DNA of 64,000 bases from Microthyrium microscopicum (taxonomy: Eukaryota), in the NCBI GenBank assembly GCA_010405405.1, contig MU004241.1:186001-250000 (forward strand). Direction: 5' to 3'. Positions 25,565 through 35,702 of the stretch are shown here, piece by piece. Each line of letters opens with the position of its first letter. Positions within the stretch are counted from its first letter, which is position 1. The notes beneath the pieces are model-generated. The model saw nothing but the letters and a program-made list of their open reading frames with translations. It was not told where the DNA came from and did no database searches. The position numbers were made by a program, and so were the translations under genes.

Positions 25565-28011
25565 TTATTCTAAGTCTACCACATCCTCTGGTGGGCTTGA
25601 CTCAATAAACTCTCCATGCATAATTCCCAGCACATACGCCTGTCCTATTAACCTATATCGTCCAAATTCTGTTCGTCTGAGGATGTATGGAACGTCCACA
25701 ATGGGAAATATCACCACTTTGTCGCCAGGTTTCATATGTCGGACTCCAATGCCTACGTAGCCGCTTGATATTGTGAAAGGCGTGTAGTCGGCTACCCACA
25801 GTGACACAACCGCCCGTGTTTGAAGGCAAGTCCGATGATTAAACTCTTTCTCTTCGTCTGATGTGGTGAAGTCAGTGTTTTGCAGTACCTCGTACTCTTT
25901 CTCATAATCTTCAGTGTAGCTCTTCCAATTAGCTTCGCTGACATCTCGCCAGACACCCTTCTTGGCTGGTACAAGACAGTATAGTTGCCAGAGGGGATTA
26001 TCTCGGAGCAGATCGGACACCTCTCCTTCCTCAGAAACGAATTTCTCGATTTGCTGAACGGTTGTTCTTGTAGTTGCCAAGTCTTCCTCATGTGTTCCGT
26101 TCGGCCATTGACTGGGCGTAAGATGGCACACACGACGCACAAGTCCCACTTCCCGGCAAGGCAGCCTCAAAAGGTCGATCGGTTGCTGATACAGTGGTGT
26201 TATCGTAGCTGGACTGCCATTCAGCATATGTCGAGTGCTTGACAGGAAGAAATTACTTTCCGTGACTTGATAAGTATAGGCATGAGCCGCAGAAAAGGGC
26301 CTGGTCACATTGGAGTAACGATCTTTACTAATAAGGTGTCTTTCATCCTTCTTTGCATCGACGGTGCTGTTGAGTGCTGGACCAATATTGACCCACGTAG
26401 GCCACTCTTCTGTATGCTCTGAGGCTTCAAATGACACTGGTAGCTCATCTTGAAGATATTGTAGACCCTGAGTCAAAAGTGTCCTTTTCATGAATGCTAT
26501 TCCCAGCTCTCGAGGAGTAAGCTTGTAATCCACCAGTTTGTTCAAGCTTTCATGATCTGATGACATACTGATGAGGCCAAAGATCTTATCTAAGGGATTC
26601 GTGCTTTCCAAACGACTACACTCTCGCAACATGGAGTGTAGAACATTCCAGCCTTCGTTCGCTGCTTCAGGCAAGTCCTGATTTTGCCTGGCCAGGGATA
26701 TGAATCTCAAGCTAGTGGTCCCGCTGTGGAGGAAGTCGTACAGCCTGCCAATGAGCCTGATGTTTTCAACCTCCTCGTTAGACAATTCTTGTAAAGGAGA
26801 CTTCATGACCTTTAGAATGACGGCGTAGATTGCTTGTAAATATTCAAACCTTGCTGACTTCCTTCCACATTTTAGCATCACAGTATCAGGTAGTACCATC
26901 TCTTGCACCATCCATATTCTTCTCCAGAATGGTCTTGTGAAAAAGTTGTCCCAAGCCCGCTCTGTCCATATTGCCCGTGCTCTAATTGCAGAGCCTGGAT
27001 TAAGAGACAGAAGTATTTCAGTTATCTCAGTCGATATCAACGACGCAAGAAGCTCCTCGCGTACTTTGTCAAGAGTCTCTGTTGACATAAGTTGAGGATG
27101 AAGAATCAATGCAACGGTATCCCTCGTCAGGGCCGTTTGCTCAAGGTCAAACGCACATCTATCATCAAAACTGTCCTTTAATCGCAGTCGATCGGCCGAC
27201 TCCATCATAGAGGTCATCAGATCGGCAGTCGTCTCCTGATCCGGAGCTATTTCTCTGCGCGCGCTATCAACAAATCCTGTGGCGCAAATGCGCAGTAAAC
27301 GAACCCCAACTTTGTTGATGATGTCCATGACACTATTCATCGATTCATCGCCTCTTCCAAGCCAAGCGAGGTTGAGCTTGCAACTGCCATATATGCGGGC
27401 CATTTTCTTGACCTGATCGTTCCGTTCCTCAATGTCATGCTGGTTGATTGAAAGACCATCTGCCCACAGGGGGACAGTCCATTTCTCGCTTTCCAGCTGG
27501 CTAAGCACTTCTCCCAGAGTAGGCGTAATGTAAGATAATGCTCCATTGACATATATTGGAAAATCAAATGTTGGGGGCCCCCAGAAGTATGAAATACAAT
27601 GATACTCTGGATGATCGTCCAGTGACACAATCTCAAGTGCTATACAAAGACGGCCTGGATCCTCACTGCGGCGCGGCTGAAAGTGGAGGACTCGGATTTC
27701 ATTTCTTTCTGGAGCAAGTTTTTGATGAATCTTGGCCCGCGCGGGCTCATCCGCTTTACCATCCAATTGAGGTTTCTCGTTCTCGCTGGATGAAGCTGTA
27801 AGATTGACGGTAAATATACTCGAATCCTCAGCAACAGTTGAAAGATTTCCATCCTCCTGGTGTGATGTGCCTTCGTTAACAGCTTCGGCACTGCATAATG
27901 CTATATTGCCAGATAGGTCACGATCGAGGTACACCTCGTTTTCCTTACAGAACTTAGCGAATATTCTATGATCAATGGGGTTTGCTCCCTTACACTTGAC
28001 GGCTCGCGCAT
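25565..28011 (-). CDS. HET-domain protein, HET-6-like
   Basis: EIRVL, YHCISYFWG, LWADGLSINQHDIEERNDQVKKMARIY, PFWRRIWMVQE, STNPLDKIFGL, and C-terminal GDKVVIF..VPYILR..YRLIGQAYVLGIMHGE. Proposed first exon ATG 28011-27994 with intron 27944-27993 is in frame. Confidence 0.92.
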
Positions 28012-28358
28012 ATCAATGCTACTACCGATCTCTGTTCTGTTCCTCCTTGTATTTCCAATCTTGAATTTGGCGAGAGGGTTGCCCAAACAGCGTGTGGTGC
28101 AGAATCTCACTTGGTCTCAGAGATGCTCAAGGTGAAGTGATCGTGGGGCGTATCTTCACTCAAATTAAGTTCGGCTTGCGCTTGTAGACGAGAGATAGTC
28201 AAACGCTCGTAGTAGAAAGAAGATTTATGAGTTCAAATGCTGCCTAGCTGTCGAAATGGGGCAGTGAGGGGCGAGCTACAGCCTACCGGTGAGATATGCA
28301 GGCGCAACTGGACAGCGAAGTCATTTCCATAACATCTTCTTGAAGGACTTCTGTGGCT

Positions 28359-30372
28359 ATGCCGGCTGATCAACACCGCACGAGTTCAGCCATAGAAATC
28401 GAAACAATCGATGGCAATGCGCCTTGGCCGCTATGCGAAGAATGCAAACAATTGTTCCTGGGCCCCAATGTCACTGCCCTTCTTAGAGGCCCTTCTGAGG
28501 ATGCTCTTCGGATCAAAAGAGGCAATGTTTCCATGCTGCGCTCAGCTGTGAATGGATGCAATCTTTGTCGCGAACTACTTTGCATGCCTTTTAACTTCAA
28601 GTATCAAGGGCAGAAAATTAGGGAGGAATCAGGGGCCTCCTATATCGCCAACTGGCCCATCGGGCCCTGGCAGAATAGATTGCGCCGACAAGAAAAGGAT
28701 GAGAGAGAACTCGAGAAACAAATCGAATTTAGTTTCGAATTATATGATGGAGGTGTTAGAGTGACCCGAATGGGAAAACCAGCGTCAGAGCCTGGATCCA
28801 CGAGTCTGTTGTTCAACATTGGCACAAGCTTCGGTACGTTCCATTCAATCCACTCGTAGCCATCGCTAATTACACATTAAAGATGATGTTGCTGCAGTAG
28901 ACATAGAATTCCGGCATATTCGAGTCAATGTTTTTGGCCAGAAAATTGCCAGTCATGTTCAAACATTGATGACCGAGTGCGATACAGGTCATCAAAGGTG
29001 TCACTCTATGCGCAAAGAAGTACCAAGCCGTCCACCATCACGATTGTTGAATGTTAGCCCCTTATACAGAAACAAGCAGGAACATATAAACCTTGAGGAG
29101 ATCCCCCATAGTTCTCAGGGACTGCAATATGCTGCTCTATCCTATCGATGGGGGGCACCTCAGCCAAATGCTACCAAAACGCAGAACTACAACGTCTACC
29201 TAAATCAAATTCTCCTTTCTTCCCTCCCTCAAGCAATTATCGGGGCGGTCAAGATCACTCGACGGCTTGGCCTGAAATATCTCTGGGTTGACTCTCTTTG
29301 CATCCAACAAGATTCCACCATCGATATAACCAACGAGCTCAGTCGCATGGGGTCGATTTACAGTAACTCGAGTATTACAATCGCTGCCAGTAGTGCCGTC
29401 AATTGTAATCAACAGATACTGAGCCGTCATCTGCCTAAGCGGCCCATGAACTTTCGATACCGGACGTCATCTGGCGCTATTGGCTCCATAAGTCTGTATC
29501 GTAGCGGTACTATCGACTATCCTCTGACTGAACCTGTGGGCAGTCGAGCGTGGATATTTCAGGAATATTTTATGGCTCCAAGAATCCTCATCCTATCCAA
29601 ATACCAAGTTTCATATATCTGCAAGGAGAACAGCTGGTATGATCACAGTCTAGCTTCTATGCACCGTAATAGGCGCACCAAGTCACGACGTGTGGATTTG
29701 AGCTTTCCTGGTGATTGGACTTTGCTATTACAACAGTTTTCGAGACGAGAAATGAGCAATCCTGTCGATAAGTTACCTGCCATAGGCAGCATTGCAGCAT
29801 ACTTTTCTCCACGAGCGAATGGACCTTACTTGGCTGGTATTTGGCAATCAGATGTACATGCCCAGCTACTATGGTCAGCCACCTCGCAAAACGTTCTGCA
29901 GAAACCAGATAAATGGAGAGCCCCATCATGGTCGCCTTTAGCTGTTGATGGCGATATACGTTTTCATGTAACGCGAATAAACTTTCCGGATCTCGAGATT
30001 GTCCGCGCCGTTGTTACACCACTGTCACCCTTAGTTCCCTTCGGTCAGATCAGAGAGGGCTATCTTACTGCCAAAGCAAGAGTCGTCAAAGTCCTACACT
30101 TCCACCCTTTATATGACTCTCTTGACGATGGCTTCAAATTTAAGTCTTGGGATACTTTTATTGGCGAAACGCCGCCAGTTGACCTCCCAAGTGTATTTTG
30201 CTTGCTAATAGGCTGGCAGACCAAGGCTGGTCAAGCTTATGGGCTCTTTGTGAAAGAACTGGACGTTGATTGCTATACCAGACTGGGCCTCTTCATGATA
30301 GATAAGTCAGCATCTGAAGAGCTGATTGCATCTTTCATGAAAGCTGAACAGAAGGTCATTCGACTTGTTTAG
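28359..30372 (+). CDS. HET-domain protein, TOL-like
   Basis: ATG 28359 and intron 28834-28882 are in frame. N-terminal LCEEC / SAVNGCNLC / CDTGHQRC; PSRLLNV, YAALSYRWG, LGLKYLWVDSLCIQQD, MGSIYSNS, SRAWIFQE, DKLPAI, YLAGIW, RAPSWS. Confidence 0.93.
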
Positions 30373-30597
30373 ATTTCTCGCAACTTGTTGATTTATTCAT
30401 GGTTAAAGTCTTATTGAGTAAGGTTGGTGAGGCTCAAATAGCCATTGACCTCGACATACATGATCTAGGGGGAATCAAAGTCTGGGGTACATTATAATAC
30501 AACTAAGTGTCCTTTGCTCCCTAAAAAAGTCCTGACTAGACTTTAGCACAAAGACAATCTAAAATGCTCAAGGTATCAAATTCCGCTATTTCCATAT

Positions 30598-31164
30598 CTA
30601 TGGCTTCCGATATTCTCTGATGGCGGTGGTGTACGCGGTTGTAATACTGGGAACCCACGTGTAGGATCCTACTCCACTGTTGAAGAAGTTTTCTTGATCC
30701 AGAATTGCTTGAACGAAGCCCGCTGCTTCTGCTTGTAGTAGTGTAATGCTGTCAATGACAGCGTTGTGAGCACCGACATAGACTGCCGCCTTCTTGTTCT
30801 TGGTCCAGGTGGTCGCAGCAGTGGAGATGCTGTTTACTATGCTGGTGACAGGTAGGACGATGGAAAGGGCTTGTGCTTCGTATATTCCTTTTACTTGTTT
30901 GATTTCTCCGGTTCCGGCTCGAAGCTCATCGATCAAGATTTTGTTCGCATTCAAAGAGTTCTGGAAGTATGTTGTAGCAGAGCTGCCATCGTTTCCGGGG
31001 CCTACTGCTAGGACTTTGTTGAGGTTGTTGACAGCTGCTGTTACGCGGTCAATGTTGTATTGCACTGGGTCCCGTCTTGCTTGTCGAGACTCTATGTTTG
31101 CTGGTATGGCTGTCGCAATAGTGCAAGCCGCGAGGCTGAACAAGGAAAGTAAAGAAAGCTTCAT
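30598..31164 (-). CDS. Secreted helical protein, HsbA / cell-wall mannoprotein-like
   Basis: Signal peptide MKLSLLSLFSLAACTIATA, propeptide ending RR, and an amphipathic helical mature region of ~155 aa. Family assignment is by pattern only. Confidence 0.7.
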   Translation of the reverse strand: MKLSLLSLFSLAACTIATAIPANIESRQARRDPVQYNIDRVTAAVNNLNKVLAVGPGNDGSSATTYFQNSLNANKILIDELRAGTGEIKQVKGIYEAQALSIVLPVTSIVNSISTAATTWTKNKKAAVYVGAHNAVIDSITLLQAEAAGFVQAILDQENFFNSGVGSYTWVPSITTAYTTAIREYRKP

Positions 31165-31514
31165 ATTGTATGAGATCTGAGTTAGGCACTCGACGAACCT
31201 AAAATCAGATCAACGCTGGTTTTCATTAGGTAGAAACAGATTTGTAAACTTACTGACGGTAAAGACTGTGGAAGATAGAAACGTATAAAACTTGTGGCTA
31301 ATGTTCCTACCTTGGTGGACCGAGAAGATTTCTTATATGAAAGTATCTCCGACGGGGGCCAAACAGCGGCAAAGGGAAAACGCTGATATAGACCAGGTTA
31401 TGCCCAGTTTCGTATCGGGAGCAGCATAGTTTATTGCGTCTTGAGCATGGTAATTTCCTGTCAATCAAGCCCATGTCAATACGCATCCTTTAACCGACCG
31501 GTTCATTCCATTAC

Positions 31515-32088
31515 TATGACGGCTCATAACGGCCACCCTGGCCACTTCACCAAAACCAAAAAGTACAACAAACACAGAAATGTAAAGGCAATTATTACAC
31601 CAAAACCAGCACATATTTAGACATTCTGAAGAAGCCGAAATAGCAAAGTGAATTTTGCATTATTTTTGAGAGCTAGAAAAGTCTCTTCAATTATGGTTGT
31701 TGAAGTTGAATCTTTGATTTAAGAAATATATAAAGATATAAAGTTGAGAAAGGGGTCGCTAATTTAGAGGGTCTAGTCCTTACTAACTTAGGGGGCTATC
31801 TCGCTAATTTAGCGGGTAAGAAAGGGCATCTTTATCAAGCTCCACTTTTTTGTCAAAAAGCAAAAATATCCAAGATTAGGTATGAAGTTGCTCTTACTTT
31901 GTTAAAATACATAGAAATATTATTTTTGAACATTATGAAAATTCAGAAAAATTCAAGTTGCTATTTAGCCTCTTTAGAATCTTTAAATATAGGCTATTTG
32001 TGGTGTAAATAAATGATTTGTGAACACATAGATTTTTGGATTTTGGATTTTGGTGAAGTGGCCAGGGTGGCCGTTATGAGCCGTCATA
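31515..32088. mobile_element. MITE / non-autonomous TIR element (~574 bp)
   Basis: 41-bp perfect TIR TATGACGGCTCATAACGGCCACCCTGGCCACTTCACCAAAA at both ends, imperfect inverted similarity to about 160 bp, AT-rich non-coding interior. Flanked by ATTAC at 31510-31514 and 32089-32093 (alternatively a TA TSD). Confidence 0.92.
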
Positions 32089-34301
32089 ATTACGACCACA
32101 ATTTCCTGCTCATTGCGGTACCTGGATGCGATCGGAAGCATAGTCCGATGCTGTAAATCAGGTTCACCATTATCTGCAGCACTAGCAGCCAGCTTAACAG
32201 ATAAGAGAGTGGCTCCAAGATCACCCGAAGTTGGTCTTTCAGAGCTTAGACCTTATATGTTCAATATCTACAGTTCCAGATTCTTGGTTATCAAACAACC
32301 TTGTCCGATACCTCAAGAAGCGCAAAAAGCTTCCCACACCATGAGAAATATGTAAGTATGATTTCAATTGGACAGAACTCTGTTTGGAAAAAAACAAGGT
32401 TGCTTGTGAGCCTAAAAATGTCCTCAGCCTTCAGAATTGAATGATATACGGAGTGTGGCGTATATCTCGAAATCTCACGAGCAAGCTGTGAAGATTATAT
32501 ATTGCCTACTGATATTTTGTTTTCTCAATTTGGCTATATCTACGAGCTTATATGCTGGGTGCGGTCCAGACTCGGTTAGACTGTCAAAAATAGGTATGAT
32601 AATAACGAAGTTGCTATACATAGACTGACGGGCCACTAGTCAAGCTAGAGTGGTGCTAGCATACGAATGCGGTTTTCCATCATACAAAAGAAGTCCGAAT
32701 TGACTGACTTGAGAAGTAGTAGGGTTAAACATGGCATGTTCACGGTCTGTTCTGAACAGGTGTCCGTGATCAATTTCATGGCAACCCAGGCACCGTGGAA
32801 CTTTGTAGTTGAAGAGCACGGGAACAATGACTGATGTTATAGTCTTGGTGTTCTATCCTACCTTGGAGCTTGGGAGAAGGGCCGAAACTTGGATATTGAT
32901 GTTCCTGTTTCACATGTCTGGCTGATCCGAAAGTCCTATTATGAACCGCGGAGGGAACATCTTGTACTTTTGGACTTGCAACGGCTTTCTTTCTGATTGA
33001 GGCCGATGGTGTGGAAATAAACTTCTTAATTGGGCAGTTTTCAGCATGCAAATCTTTCAGACGGCTTCATAAAATTGCAGTGACTACAGATAGTAAGATT
33101 GCGTGAACACCTCATCGGTCAGTCGGGAGAGACCCTGTTTCTTCCATGCTTCTAGAAAAGCTGCCGGAGCTAGTGAATATTGATCCCGGGTACGGCTTAA
33201 TTGTGATATATCCTTGCGATCATATCTGGATTGTGTGAACCCTATCATTTCTGACAGTCAATCTGGAAAGAAAAAGTCTTGGTTGATTCAAGTGAGCTAA
33301 GAGAAGCTGTTTGTACGACTGCTGCAATTCCTCGCAAGTTTTCTCTTGAATCACAGGTCTCCTAGGATTCAAAATACCATTTAGAAGCTTAGAACTAAAT
33401 CATCCACCGTTCATTAAAAAGCTAGCCATGCTAGCATATTATCAGTGCTCGTTGCGGATCCCGGGTTTCAGGTCAAAGCACACTGTCAATTGCGGCTGAT
33501 GGTAACAAACATCAGCAGTCAAGGGCTTTGTCTTCCATATCTACTTACCTAGTCTTCAGACGCGAATTATAGGAGTAGAATCTGAATTGACCTTCGGAGT
33601 AGGAATTACCATTGAATATTGACCCTTGGAGTAATCCTATTGTACGAGGATCTCAGGATATGATCCGAGAGTGAACCACTGAAGCCAGTTTACATTATGG
33701 TCGGCCAATCCGAGAAATTTCCTAAGTGACCGGAAACAAGGCCGCCTATAAAATGGCACATAGAAACCAAATCAAGAGGCATAAGTTGCGAGAATGCAAA
33801 GAACTGATGAATCGTCCGTACAGTACCCGTAGATAAAAGCACGAAGCTCTCAAGCATACTTGCTCCTTGGTCGTCGAATCGGACGAGTTTTCGGAGGATT
33901 CATAGACTACTTCCCATAACGCTTTCGTGTTGGGATTGATATCTGCTTCCATATTTTTAACATTCGTGGTAACTTGTCGATCATCCGAGGAACCACATGG
34001 TACTACTGTAGGCCAGTTAGTTTCGACAGTCAACACATTTCTAGCCCGATGTCACATCCATTCCCATAGAAGAGACATAGATTATGCTTACACAACAAAT
34101 CGGAACGACAATTGCTGTTCTCACGAGTACTGCCTACAGTAGCTCGTAGAATATTGCAGATTTGAGAAATGATTCTTCTGTACTAGATATCATGGTAGAT
34201 CCTACCAGTCCATTTCTCCCTCACCAGCTCATCGTCTCCACGCTGCGGCAAACCGATGATGTTGATTATTTCAACCACCCCTTTCTCTTCTCACCATCCC
34301 C

Positions 34302-34817
34302 CTACGGCGTAGCACAACTCCCCGCCTTCCCACAAACACCACTCTTCCCATCAAACATCTCACCCTTCGGACACTCCAGCACCTCCCCATACGCACTCTT
34401 GCCATCGCAAACCGCATATTTATTACACCCCGTCGAGAAGATATCCGGCACTTTACCAGCCGGCACAATGCCCGTCTGACTCTGACACGTCGTCGCGTAA
34501 AGACAGTCCGTATAACCCGGCAGTCCGCATTTCTTGGACACACTATTCCATAGATTCTCGCCCTCGCATGATTGGACTTTGGCGCCGCTGGCGGAGCAGG
34601 TGATGTAGAGGTTGCAGTCCCAGGGATGCCAGAAGGAGCCGGAGGTTTTGCCTGCGCAGAAGTCTTTGGTTTGGCGACGGGTGAGGGACTGGGGACTGGG
34701 AGAGAAGGTAAGTTACTGCGACGAGATTAGGATTGGAGGGACTTACGGATTTGTTGGCGAAGCGGTCACTTCAGTGATGATGGCCGCGACGGCCGCGAAA
34801 AGGATCGCCAGCTGCAT
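34302..34817 (-). CDS. Small secreted protein with two tandem CBM14 (peritrophin-A/ChtBD2)-type modules, 154 aa
   Basis: ATG 34817 MQLAILFAAVAAIITEVTASP, intron 34696-34746, Kex2-type RR, then FCAGKTSGSFWHPWDCNLYITCSASGAKVQSCEGENLWNSVSKKCGLPGYTDC and TCQSQ...GCNKYAVCDGKSAYGEVLECPKGEMFDGKSGVCGKAGSC (6 Cys each). Confidence 0.85.
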
Positions 34818-35702
34818 CGTAGGTATCTTTGTTCGGTGTGTTTGATGGGCTTCAAGGAAGATGTGGTTGCGAAAGGATTACTATTGTGGTACTAGTATGA
34901 AGCCGTTCGGAAATTGGGTGAATATGAGTCGGAGATTCCTCGTGTGCAACACGCGGAAATTATAAAGCTCATATTAAAGAAGTCGATAAGATGTATGACA
35001 GACTGGTTTAGAGAATCATAGGTAGTTGTTATTGGTCGCCAATGCTTCTGAAGTAGGCCCGCGCCCTTGCTTAATATATGGTTGTATATTAGTCGTGATA
35101 AGAATCGTTATGTTTGTGCAGAATGGCAAGCTCTTCAGGACAAACAAGATCAAACTTGAGAGAGAAATTGATGAATGATGTTTGTACAAAGTACGCTTGA
35201 GTTCCCTCTTTATCTCGCAGTAAGACTGAACAGAAGTTTGGTAAATATATCTGTTATTCAGTGCCCTTACTACAGCATCAAGATAGCTATAATACTACTA
35301 TAAACAAACCGGAGAATGAATACTCCACAAAATCCACTCTCCTTCCTCTGAAGAATTGGAATCTTGCCACAGAAGAAAACTTTCTGCTGGGCCATAAGAA
35401 CCGGGAAATATAATCAACAACGCCACGCTTAATTATGCAGGACAATACGGGCTGAGGAAAGAGGTGCTACAGTGGATGCTGAGAGGAGTGATAAAGGCAG
35501 GCCAAGGAGCTATGTTACACTGCTGGAGGACTTTGCATGCTTGGGAATGATTCGAATGGTTAAAAGAGGACTCGTAGCAATGACATTTGGATGTGATGTA
35601 TGTCAAATGTCAGGTTGGCGGTGCAGATGAATGGTCCGGGCTGTCGTCAACTTCAGCGGGAATATTGAGGCCCCTATTGGCCGCTTCGAGGAGTTCGTCA
35701 AA

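Noticed and set aside
31517..32086. Solo LTR (TG...CA termini)
   Set aside because: The long terminal inverted repeats and the lack of a 4-6-bp duplication directly outside TG/CA fit a TIR element.
32100..34250. Short ORFs, including 33746-34036
   Set aside because: No motifs or consistent exon structure.
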